Below, one piece after another: positions 27,365-36,028 of a stretch of 64,000 nucleotides of DNA (within the stretch, counting starts at the first letter, position 1; every line of letters begins with the position of its first letter). The stretch is from positions 1 through 64,000 of the IMG/VR virus record IMGVR_UViG_3300013383_000017; one strand, written 5' to 3'. Source of the DNA: a virus. Taxonomy: Duplodnaviria; Caudoviricetes. The notes under the pieces were generated by a model, which saw only the letters and a program-made list of their open reading frames with translations, was not told the origin of the DNA and made no database searches. A program made the translations under genes and the position numbers.

Positions 27365-28887
27365 CAATTCCCCCTGCGAATGCCCCTCGGCCGAAATACT
27401 CCACCACTATACCCCCTCGTCGCATTCTTGCAATTCACCTCTTTCCCAATTATACTACTCAATACATCCGGTACATCGTCATGCGCATTCGCCTTGAAGT
27501 GCCGCACAAATCCACTCAACTCCTTGTACGCTTTCGGCCACCTGTCCTTCCAGCCCATAGGAAAAACTATCTGGCTCATTACCTGCCCGGCACTATTCAA
27601 TATCCTCGCCTCCTTGTTCCCCTCACTGAAATACAACTCTATCTTCGCCCTCACCTTCTTCGCTATACTCAACCCGAACTGCTCCCCTCCTGCGTTCCGC
27701 TCACACCATACCACTTGACTGCCCTGCATGTTTATCTGCTGCGGTATCATTATACTCGTCTCCTCTACCCCCGCATCACTCAAATAAATATCCGTCACTA
27801 ATATGAATACCACTGGCTCAAACCTCCGCGTCTGCTCGTTGTATGTCGTGCTCTTGCTCCTATACACATCGTAACATATACTACAAGTGTCATCCCCTCC
27901 CCTACCCGCTACATCAATGCAACACCCCTTGCGAATACATACACCATACTCGCCCTTGTCTACGTACTCCTTGAACTCACCATACAACCTGCTGTCCTCA
28001 CTGAACGGATGCCCTTGATACAAACACTCAAATACATACGGATCCGCCCTCTTCTTCATCATCAAACTCTCAATGCTACTATGGCTCGGAAAGATAGCCT
28101 CCCCCTCCTCCCTTGGGTCTAACTCCGTCGGCCCCCCTACCTTTATCGCAGGGAAATTGACATACGCCCATCTCTCCCCTAAATCCTCTAAATCTGACCA
28201 CCTCTTCACCTCTACTACCCCCTCACTCGCTATTATCCGCCCTATCAAATCATCCTCGTTCCACCTCGTGAAGACCATCAACTGCTGACCCCAATCCTGC
28301 AACCTACTCAATACTACACTCGTGTACCACCTCCACGCCTTGTTCCTCACTATCGGACTACTCGCCTCGTTGTAATCCTTGTACATATCGTCCATTATCA
28401 TTACATCCACCTTCCTACCCGTCAACGAACTCCCTCGCCCTACTACCCTCAATCCCCCTCCATCATACCCAACTACCTGCGTCTCATCCGCATTGCAACG
28501 CCACTCCCGGTCTATCCTCCCATCACTTATCCTACTGCCCGGAAATACCGCCATGTACGCATCACTCCGCATCTTCCTCTGTACATCCTCGTTGAACGTC
28601 CTCGCTAAATCCGTGTTGTAACTCCCTATCACTATGTTCTTCTCTGGCTTTATCCCCATCAAAAAACTCGGCAACCCCCTACTACTGCACTCACTCTTCC
28701 CCGTCTGCGGACTTGCACTAATTATCAACTTCTTAATCCCACCATGCGCGAACTTGTCCACTATCCGGTACAAACTCCGATGATAACTCGTCATCTCTAA
28801 ACTTGGGTTCAAATACCTCATATACACCCCGAAGTCCCTCTGCGCCATATACCGCACCATCAACTCCGGCGTCATCTCATCTATCAT
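27364..28887 (-). CDS. terL: Terminase large subunit (phage A)
   Basis: SPQTGKS Walker A, GSSLTG..VDVMIMDD Walker B, TRW.EDD, and CIDVAG / HDDVPD nuclease motifs. Confidence 0.92.
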   Translation of the reverse strand: MIDEMTPELMVRYMAQRDFGVYMRYLNPSLEMTSYHRSLYRIVDKFAHGGIKKLIISASPQTGKSECSSRGLPSFLMGIKPEKNIVIGSYNTDLARTFNEDVQRKMRSDAYMAVFPGSRISDGRIDREWRCNADETQVVGYDGGGLRVVGRGSSLTGRKVDVMIMDDMYKDYNEASSPIVRNKAWRWYTSVVLSRLQDWGQQLMVFTRWNEDDLIGRIIASEGVVEVKRWSDLEDLGERWAYVNFPAIKVGGPTELDPREEGEAIFPSHSSIESLMMKKRADPYVFECLYQGHPFSEDSRLYGEFKEYVDKGEYGVCIRKGCCIDVAGRGGDDTCSICYDVYRSKSTTYNEQTRRFEPVVFILVTDIYLSDAGVEETSIMIPQQINMQGSQVVWCERNAGGEQFGLSIAKKVRAKIELYFSEGNKEARILNSAGQVMSQIVFPMGWKDRWPKAYKELSGFVRHFKANAHDDVPDVLSSIIGKEVNCKNATRGYSGGVFRPRGIRRGN

Positions 28888-29420
28888 TCTCCCCCCTCCC
28901 TGAACTTCGCATCCTGCATCTCCCCTACTATCCTCCTCATATCCTCCTCACTCAAATTCCCGAAATTGTACTGGTTGACTACCTGCTTCCGCTTGTCTAC
29001 CCTCCCTATCGCCCCTATCAACCGCATCCGCTGCATCCCTATCCGCAACAACGTGTCCAAATACCGCGGGTCTCCACTCTGCGGCCTGCTCGCAAAACAC
29101 TCATCTATCTCATCCATACTCAACCCCCTCGCCATTAACGCCGCATACTCCATAGGCTTTAATACCCGCTTGCTGCTCTCATAGTCCCTCATCACTACCT
29201 CCTCTAAATTGTCTATCCGCATTATCTCCCGACTTACCATGTCATCTATCGCACCTATGTTCGCACGCTTCCACTCATCTAACAAATCCCCTTTCAACTG
29301 ACTTACAAAACTCCTTGCTACCCCAACCTCTCTCCCTATATCCGCATGTAACCCCCCATTCACTATCCCCTCCGCCATCTCTATCCTCCTCTCTTCCGCT
29401 TCTTTACTCTTTTGTCCCAT
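28884..29420 (-). CDS. terS: Terminase small subunit (putative)
   Basis: HTH (IGREVGVARSFVS), GDPRYL motif, directly upstream of terL. Confidence 0.7.
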   Translation of the reverse strand: MGQKSKEAEERRIEMAEGIVNGGLHADIGREVGVARSFVSQLKGDLLDEWKRANIGAIDDMVSREIMRIDNLEEVVMRDYESSKRVLKPMEYAALMARGLSMDEIDECFASRPQSGDPRYLDTLLRIGMQRMRLIGAIGRVDKRKQVVNQYNFGNLSEEDMRRIVGEMQDAKFREGGE

Positions 29421-29961
29421 TTTTCTTCCTCCTTTTTTTCCCAAAGTTACTACTTTTTCCCTAATTTCCCATTTTAGTACCGCGCACTTTGTGGAGAACT
29501 TCCTTTCCTATTTTTAGTACCGCGCATTTTGGGCGGACTAACTCCCCCTCCCCCTCTCCTCTCATATAGGGGGGGGTCTAAAATGCAGCCCCCTTATAGC
29601 CAAACGGCTACCCTGCCGCGACTGGAACAAAAACCACGCTCTCCGACTACTTACATTTTTGCCCCTCCTGTCACGCCCCTATCAAACACAATAGTGCCCC
29701 TTTTTGTACACTCTTGCACCAAAAACACCCAAAAAGCGACTTTTTGTAAGTACTTAAAAGTGTTTCCCCCGTGTTTTCGGAGACCAAACCACGAAAAATG
29801 CGACTTTTTGTAAGTTTTATAGCCACAACTACGGCTCTTTGCACTGTTCTTTTTGTCAGCTTGCAGTGGGTGGTTTTGCGCCCCCCTTTCTGAGGGCTAA
29901 AAAGCAAAAAAAACGGGCTTGCAGGCTTGTGGGAGCGTGATTAAGTAATTCGCGATAAACG

Positions 29962-30089
29962 AAGTAACCCCATACAAAAGAGCATCATACAAGTAACCCC
30001 ACAAAAGAGCATCAAACAAAGAGCATCACACAAAAGAGCATCACACAAAGAGCATCGCCACTCAATGAATGAGCATCAAGTAAAAGCAT
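29962..30089. repeat. Cluster of AAAGAGCATC direct repeats
   Basis: Five full copies (29977, 30004, 30018, 30033, 30047), GAGCATC at 30071, and two copies of AAGTAACCCC. Confidence 0.9.
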
Positions 30090-30232
30090 AATTCCAATCA
30101 TAATTACAATTGCATATAAAGCTTTAATTAATATGAGAGTTCTATTTGTTTTTTCAGCCCTTTATTCAAAGCCTTTATTATCAAAGCATTAAGAAAGCGG
30201 ATGTAAAAAAGTTGAAAAAAAGTTAAAACATA

Positions 30233-30328
30233 TTTGCATAATTCAAATATTTGCCCTACCTTTGTTCCCAGATGAAGCAAACAAGCCCGCTTGCAAGTGG
30301 CTTTGAAAAAGTTAAAAATAATGTTATG
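30233..30328 (+). promoter_or_regulatory. Early promoter/leader cassette, copy 1
   Basis: TTTGCATAATTCAAA..TACCTTTG plus leader hairpin AAGCCCGCTTGCAAGTGGCTT. Confidence 0.8.
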
Positions 30329-30568
30329 AAGTACAAAGCGAATTTCTTTTTTTATGGGATCGGGTTTTTGATCCCTATTGAGGGCAATAATAAAGCTCAA
30401 TTGAAGAGCTATTTATTGCAGACAATAAGGGGATTTTTAACCCCAAATTCGTCCTCGTCTTATTGGATAAAGGACGAAAAAGGAAACGAAGAAATCGGAT
30501 ATATATCGATGTCCAAAAAAGGGCATTTTACTTATGCCACATTACAACCCTTTAATATAAACCATTAA
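30326..30568 (+). CDS. Early hypothetical protein (start MKYK)
   Basis: Follows the promoter cassette. Confidence 0.65.
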   Translation: MKYKANFFFYGIGFLIPIEGNNKAQLKSYLLQTIRGFLTPNSSSSYWIKDEKGNEEIGYISMSKKGHFTYATLQPFNINH

Positions 30569-30581
30569 AAATCAAATAGTT

Positions 30582-30887
30582 ATGAAAACATTGAACAAAA
30601 ACACAAAAAAAGCACAACAGTATATTAATGCCTATAACCATAGCACATTACACTACCTTGAAGACTGCTATAAATCTTATAGCAATGATAAAAAAATTGC
30701 TTACATTAAATGTTATCAAGAATTCTTAAAAGTCTATTGGGCTCATGTTTGGGAACACCCATACTCTATGGGGGTTAGAATACTTTCTTTTAATACCTTT
30801 GGTTTTACGTGTGCTTGGCACACTGAGGATGGGCTACGCGTTGAAACTCCGGCTAATAGCTACCTAATACCAGATGTTACAGACTAA
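30582..30887 (+). CDS. Early hypothetical protein
   Basis: 101 aa, AT-rich initiation region, followed by a terminator. Confidence 0.7.
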   Translation: MKTLNKNTKKAQQYINAYNHSTLHYLEDCYKSYSNDKKIAYIKCYQEFLKVYWAHVWEHPYSMGVRILSFNTFGFTCAWHTEDGLRVETPANSYLIPDVTD

Positions 30888-30920
30888 AAAAAAAGCCACT
30901 CTCTCTGAGTGGTTTTTTTT
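30887..30920 (+). terminator. Intrinsic terminator
   Basis: A-run, GCCACTC...GAGTGGT stem, T-run. Confidence 0.8.
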
Positions 30921-31217
30921 GTTTTAGCCCCCTTTTATTTTTTTCAACCCTTTGTGCCTTTTATGCTCTATGCCTTACAAGCCACAAAAACCCGTCTTAA
31001 ATCGATTTATAAGCCTTTGCGGTACTCTTATACCTTTTAGGCTTTTTATCCCTTTATTCGGGCGTTTTTGAGCCTTTGGACTTTTACCCCCCCTCGTACA
31101 TGTTATGCGTATGTGCTATTATACCAGACGCTCAATGTAATGGGTGAATTTTTACCCTCCATAAATTTTTAATTTGCAGTGACTTAAAATTAATGTGACA
31201 GAAATTTTTAGTTTTTT

Positions 31218-31314
31218 TTTGCATAATTCAAATTTTTGCCCTACCTTTGTTCTCAGATAAAGCAAATAAGCCCGCTTACAAGTGGCTTTGAACAGTTAAA
31301 ATTTTAATGTTATG
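31218..31314 (+). promoter_or_regulatory. Early promoter/leader cassette, copy 2
   Basis: Near-identical to 30233-30328. Confidence 0.8.
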
Positions 31315-31488
31315 AAAAAAAATGGAAATGAAATGAGTTTATTTTTGTCCGATTTCGATAAAAGAAATGGATCACAACTTGAACAAGCCATCACAGAAGC
31401 CCACACCATTTATATAAATGGTAGTGGATTTTGGAGTTGTATCCGCATTTTGGCAGACTCCGGCAAATGCATAAAAGTTGTAAGATAG
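31312..31488 (+). CDS. Early hypothetical protein (58 aa, MKKNGNEM...)
   Basis: Not in the ORF track; starts at the cassette ATG. Confidence 0.55.
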   Translation: MKKNGNEMSLFLSDFDKRNGSQLEQAITEAHTIYINGSGFWSCIRILADSGKCIKVVR

Positions 31489-31553
31489 TATTTTTTTAAC
31501 CCTTTAAGGTGGGCGGTAAAACCTTAAAAATCAATATTAATCGTTTAATAGTT

Positions 31554-31865
31554 ATGAAAAAAAGAAAATTATTAGAAAGTGTATACGATATCGCTTTCAA
31601 AGATTATCCAGAACTGGAATATCGGGCATTGGAAATATATTATATGTTACATCGCGGGAATGTTTCCCGCATGAGCATCAATAGCTTCGCGGAAGACTTC
31701 ATTGAAGATTACTACGGAAGCTCTTATGATGAATATATAAGTGAATACCGATGGATCGAGCCTACAGACACGGAGATTAAGGCCAAAAAAGCGCTTGAAT
31801 TTGGTGAAATAGTCCAAGTTCGGGGTTGCTATTTTTCTAAATTAAGATTAAAAAACTTAAATTAA
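31554..31865 (+). CDS. Early hypothetical protein (start MKKRK)
   Basis: AT-rich initiation region; terminator-like hairpin at ~31888-31922. Confidence 0.65.
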   Translation: MKKRKLLESVYDIAFKDYPELEYRALEIYYMLHRGNVSRMSINSFAEDFIEDYYGSSYDEYISEYRWIEPTDTEIKAKKALEFGEIVQVRGCYFSKLRLKNLN

Positions 31866-32207
31866 GAAATAGTAATGAGAAAGAATTAAAGGGGTTATAA
31901 TATTTAATCCCTTTTTCTTTTCCTCGTGTAATCGATTTTAAGGCACTTTTAAGGCACTTATACTACCTTTATGGTATTGGACTACCTTTGCTCTTTTTAC
32001 GAGCGTTTTAGAAGGGTTTTTGTGGGTCGGTATGTTTGCAGTAGCACTGCAAGTTCTGACAGCTCCACGCGTGCACATGCACACACGCACCACACGCGCG
32101 CTCATACACCACCCCACCGCCGTGAATTTTTAGCCCGTGGATTTTTAAGAAGAAAGGGATACACCCAATAGGATGCATCCCTCCGTGAATTTTCAGTCCG
32201 TGAATTT

Positions 32208-32495
32208 TCAGAATGGTAGGTCGTCTTTGCCCTCGTCTGCCTTTGCTATTTGTGCAGTTGGTGAATTTTTGACATGTTCAGGGTCGCTCCACTCGTCGGG
32301 CTTTAAGTCTGCAATATAGATAGCCTTTTTGGCTTCTTTATCCCATATCGTTATCGTATGCGTTGCCCCGAATTTGGACGGCTCCCGCAACTCGGATACA
32401 CTGATATACACGCCTTTCAATCCTTGGTTGGTTGTTTGTACTAACTCTTTGGGAATACTACTTAATCTCAAAAATCCTTTTAATCTCTGTGACAT
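32208..32495 (-). CDS. Putative single-stranded DNA-binding protein
   Basis: Acidic DDLPF C-terminus; small beta-rich core. Confidence 0.55.
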   Translation of the reverse strand: MSQRLKGFLRLSSIPKELVQTTNQGLKGVYISVSELREPSKFGATHTITIWDKEAKKAIYIADLKPDEWSDPEHVKNSPTAQIAKADEGKDDLPF

Positions 32496-32516
32496 AAATT
32501 TTTAGTTTTTAATGGT

Positions 32517-32798
32517 TTATGAATTTTTAGTTTTGTTTTCTTTTTCGTTGATGACCGAAAATAATTGCATAAATTTTGCTCTCTTTTCGGGATGATGGAC
32601 TAAAAAAGCGGCTACTACTGGTAGTAATATCAGCTCTATTTCCGACCTCTGCTCAATTGCTATATATACACTTGATGCAATCTCATTTCCCATCCCTTTG
32701 AGACTTAAAGTTATATCTTCTTCCCCTTTTGCAATTATAAATGCCCTTTCGCATTCATTTACTAATTGGTCTGTCAATTCTTCAATTTTATTTTTCAT
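32517..32798 (-). CDS. Hypothetical protein
   Basis: Operon arrangement. Confidence 0.6.
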   Translation of the reverse strand: MKNKIEELTDQLVNECERAFIIAKGEEDITLSLKGMGNEIASSVYIAIEQRSEIELILLPVVAAFLVHHPEKRAKFMQLFSVINEKENKTKNS

Positions 32799-33510
32799 AC
32801 TCTTTTATCCTTGCGACCGCTCTATTGTAGTGGTCTTTGTTCAACTCGTAACCTATGTAATTTCTCTTCTCTAAAATGCACGCCACCGCGGTTGTTCCAC
32901 TGCCCATGCAATTATCTAATACTACTCCGTCAGGCTTCGTGTACATCCGCACTAACATCCGTATCAGTTCAAGCGGCTTCTGCGTTGCTACTACCTGCGT
33001 GCGCTCCTTTGGGATATTGAGGATGCTCGTTGGAAACCCTCGCCGTGGTTGCCTTTCAGTCTTTCTGACATGCGCGAATGTTACTCCATTCCTACACTCT
33101 ATTCGCTTCGCTTCCACCCTCTCTATTCCACTATCGTAATAATGTGGATTTTTATCCCCAAATACACAAATGCTCTCGTGCTTATTGATGGGCTTCGTGT
33201 GTGCGAGGAAGAAATCCGTGCCGTTGTTCTTCGCCCAAATCAACTCGTATCTAAACCACTTCGGGTTACTGCTTATCAGTTCGCCAAGATACGCACCCGA
33301 TGCAAACAAAATCACATTTCCTCCCTTTACAAGCACCCTCTTCCACTGCTTCCACAACTCCGATAGGTCTATTTGGTTATCCCATCTGTTGTTTTTGCAC
33401 CTATTTACAGCTCTACTCGGTAGGTCACAAATGATTGTATCTATACATCCGTCGGGTAGGCCTTTCAAACCCTCTAAACAATCCTCGTTATATATCTGAT
33501 TTACTAACAT
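32788..33510 (-). CDS. DNA methyltransferase, N6/N4 (beta) family, with atypical catalytic motif
   Basis: IYNEDCLEG, ICDLPS (normally DLPY/DPPY), TQKP, LDNCMGSGTT. Confidence 0.85.
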   Translation of the reverse strand: MLVNQIYNEDCLEGLKGLPDGCIDTIICDLPSRAVNRCKNNRWDNQIDLSELWKQWKRVLVKGGNVILFASGAYLGELISSNPKWFRYELIWAKNNGTDFFLAHTKPINKHESICVFGDKNPHYYDSGIERVEAKRIECRNGVTFAHVRKTERQPRRGFPTSILNIPKERTQVVATQKPLELIRMLVRMYTKPDGVVLDNCMGSGTTAVACILEKRNYIGYELNKDHYNRAVARIKEYEK

Positions 33511-33952
33511 ATTTTCCTCGTATCTTTTTGAAGATTAAATACATAACTTTCCCATATTCGTCCATAAATCGGATGCCCGTAACTACATTATCCACCATAT
33601 CCACCGAAATTTTTATTTGGTTGTCTTTGTAGCGATAGTTCAGTGCCATTACCGCCTGTCTTAACCCGTCTGCAAAGAGTTTTGCGTCGTCTTCGCTAAA
33701 TACCACATTTAGATACCTGCTTACCGCGTTGTGTATCTCTATAACCTTTCTATGCGGTGTCATTGCGTTGTTAATGCTATGTAAGATATATTCTCCCATC
33801 TTGTCTTTTATTCCTCCTATGATGTCATTTATATCCTTGTCGAGCAATCCGCGTATCTCCTCGCTAATCTCCATCTCCTCTGTCGTTGCCCTGCGTGGTA
33901 GATTTTTGACTGCATCCGATATCCTCCGTCTGCGTCGTACTTTATGCTCCAT
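33488..33952 (-). CDS. Hypothetical protein
   Basis: Operon arrangement. Confidence 0.6.
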   Translation of the reverse strand: MEHKVRRRRRISDAVKNLPRRATTEEMEISEEIRGLLDKDINDIIGGIKDKMGEYILHSINNAMTPHRKVIEIHNAVSRYLNVVFSEDDAKLFADGLRQAVMALNYRYKDNQIKISVDMVDNVVTGIRFMDEYGKVMYLIFKKIRGKYVSKSDI

Positions 33953-34223
33953 TCTTCTTTTTCTCCCTCGCTCTCCTTTGGTATTCCCTCACCTTGTCGG
34001 GGTTGTTCTTAACCCATTCGCGCTGATACTCTCGCAACTCGTCTGCTTTCGCTCTGTGTTGCTCTTGTACCTTTTCTTTGTTCTTCTCGTACCACTTCTT
34101 TTGATACTCTTTCACCTTTTCGGGGTTCTTCTTCGCCCATTTAATAGCACGAGCACTCACTTCTTTTTTGTGCCTCTCCCGATAAATTCGGGCATACTCT
34201 TTTGCTTTCTCTTTCGTTACCAT
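33942..34223 (-). CDS. Basic helical-repeat protein
   Basis: WAKKNPEKVKEYQK repeats. Confidence 0.6.
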   Translation of the reverse strand: MVTKEKAKEYARIYRERHKKEVSARAIKWAKKNPEKVKEYQKKWYEKNKEKVQEQHRAKADELREYQREWVKNNPDKVREYQRRAREKKKNGA

Positions 34224-34531
34224 TTTTTTTGTTCTTCTTGTATTCTAATACCCTTTGCTCGGTTCTTCTCATACCACCTCTTTTGATACTCTTTCACCTT
34301 TTCGGGGTTCTTCTTTGCCCATTCGCGTTGATATGCATTCCGCTCATCGCGATGCATCTCCTGATGCTTTTTTAGGTACGCTCTCCGTTGCTCTTTCTGC
34401 TCCTCTGTCATCCTCTCCCTGCGGCGTCGCTCGACATCCCTCCAATACTCTCTGTATCCATCGGGGTCGTTGGTCTTCCACTCTTCGCGGTATTGACGCA
34501 TGTATTCCTTTATGTATTCTTTTCTATTCAT
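34217..34531 (-). CDS. Basic helical-repeat protein (paralog)
   Basis: Same repeat as 33942-34223. Confidence 0.6.
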   Translation of the reverse strand: MNRKEYIKEYMRQYREEWKTNDPDGYREYWRDVERRRRERMTEEQKEQRRAYLKKHQEMHRDERNAYQREWAKKNPEKVKEYQKRWYEKNRAKGIRIQEEQKKW

Positions 34532-35376
34532 TTTTTTTTAATCCTAAAATAATCTCTCATAAACTCTTCGGGCGTCTGCTCTAATGGAAACATCCCGGTT
34601 GTCTTCTTAATATAGTCCTCCGAATTTTTACAAAACAACTCGGAATACATTAAATTCCAAGCATTGCGCTTGAACACATCTTCGGATATCTTTCCCCCCC
34701 TATTGTCATAGTACCTTTGTATCCTCTTTATAACTAAATTGAGTAATTGTGGGTACTGCTTCCATTGTTCTATCTGCTTTGTCTGACTTGCAAGCGGACA
34801 TCCGATGCATCCCAATCGTCTTTCGGGATGGAACTTCCCCTGCTCGTCATAATAGACGGGTGCACACTTTATTCCTCGCTCCTCGATAAACTCCGCCACA
34901 TCCTCCAAAGTCCAATCCAATATAGGGTAATATGCCCTTACTTTGGGCTTTCCTTTCATCTTCTTGTATATCCTGCACTCTTCGGGTTCGTGATATCGCT
35001 TTGCTCTTGCTGTACTTTCATCTGCTCTCACTCCCATTATTGCACGAGGTAAAATTGGATACTCTTTTAACACTCCACAGCAAAACCGCCTAAACCTTGA
35101 CGGCTTTCCGCGCTTCTCTATTAACTGCAAAAAAGTCTGTTCGGGGCGTCTAATCTCCACTCCCATATCCTTGCAGTGCTTTATAGTACCTATGGGGTCT
35201 ATCGTGGTCATCTTGTAGATAGCGCGGTAGTTGATGCCTGCCATCTTCGCTAACTCCAAGCACACATCACTATCCTTGCCGCCCGAATAGGCTACCTCGA
35301 TTGGTCCATCCTCCGTCGGAATGGCTTGCAGTAGCCGTATGGCTCTATCTACTTTCTTTTTCAACCTCTCTGTCAT
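34528..35376 (-). CDS. PAPS-reductase-family (PP-loop, Fe-S) protein
   Basis: AYSGGKDS, RFCC..LKE, GVRADES..R, PILDW and RLGCIGCP motifs; start MTERL. Confidence 0.85.
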   Translation of the reverse strand: MTERLKKKVDRAIRLLQAIPTEDGPIEVAYSGGKDSDVCLELAKMAGINYRAIYKMTTIDPIGTIKHCKDMGVEIRRPEQTFLQLIEKRGKPSRFRRFCCGVLKEYPILPRAIMGVRADESTARAKRYHEPEECRIYKKMKGKPKVRAYYPILDWTLEDVAEFIEERGIKCAPVYYDEQGKFHPERRLGCIGCPLASQTKQIEQWKQYPQLLNLVIKRIQRYYDNRGGKISEDVFKRNAWNLMYSELFCKNSEDYIKKTTGMFPLEQTPEEFMRDYFRIKKK

Positions 35377-35816
35377 AACAATACAACCAATATGATTACC
35401 AATGCCAAGTGTAATGCTACGGATAATTGAATGCTCTCGTGGATTGCCCTCTTTTTGTTCTCCCCTACTAAATCGTCCGCCCAATGCTCGGTATAGAAGT
35501 GACGATAATTTTTACCCCTATGTAAGCAAGCGTGTAAAAGGCTCGGCAAACCCACTATAAGCAAGTAGAACCACCCAAGTATCAGCGACTGCTTATAATG
35601 CCCTATTTCGTGCCTTTCTGTGACGCAAGATAGGTCTTTAAAGACATTGAACTCGCAGAAGATAAATTCCCCTAACGATACACTGCCGCGCATCAGTTCT
35701 GAATAGTATATCTTCTTCCCATCCACATACTTCGTCGTGTCGGGTCTTAATATCACCCACAACAACGCCCCTAATAGCGTCTGTGGAAGTGTCCAAAGAA
35801 TTTTTATTATTTTCAT
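35373..35816 (-). CDS. Membrane-associated HExxH protein
   Basis: HEIGH..QS.ILG..Y motif; homolog at 42125-42520. Confidence 0.7.
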   Translation of the reverse strand: MKIIKILWTLPQTLLGALLWVILRPDTTKYVDGKKIYYSELMRGSVSLGEFIFCEFNVFKDLSCVTERHEIGHYKQSLILGWFYLLIVGLPSLLHACLHRGKNYRHFYTEHWADDLVGENKKRAIHESIQLSVALHLALVIILVVLL

Positions 35817-36028
35817 ATCTCTTTTTCGTATGTCAGTCCTATCGTTGGGATGCTATCCTTTCGCATCCGCAGATACATCCTGCCCGTCAAAACAAATGCT
35901 ATCCTCTCTAACAGATTTCCTCGATAGCGAAGGGTAAATCCGTCTTTTTCTTTCCTTATGGGGACATTCCCACTCGTCCCCGTGCAATCGCTAAAATATA
36001 CTATTTTCATCTTCCAATTAATTTCCAA
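35813..36028 (-). CDS. Hypothetical protein
   Basis: Operon arrangement. Confidence 0.5.
   Translation of the reverse strand: MEINWKMKIVYFSDCTGTSGNVPIRKEKDGFTLRYRGNLLERIAFVLTGRMYLRMRKDSIPTIGLTYEKEI

Noticed and set aside
27380-29184. Plus-strand ORFs opposite terL/terS
   Set aside because: These are shadow ORFs produced by the G-poor strand composition; the products are Pro/Leu/Ser-rich with no motifs.
29962-30089. Mini-CRISPR array
   Set aside because: Repeats are only ~10 bp with 4-17 bp gaps, which are too short to be spacers.
34528-35376. Dnd/Ssp phosphorothioation system
   Set aside because: Only a lone PAPS-reductase-family gene is present, with no cysteine desulfurase, ATPase or DndE partner visible.
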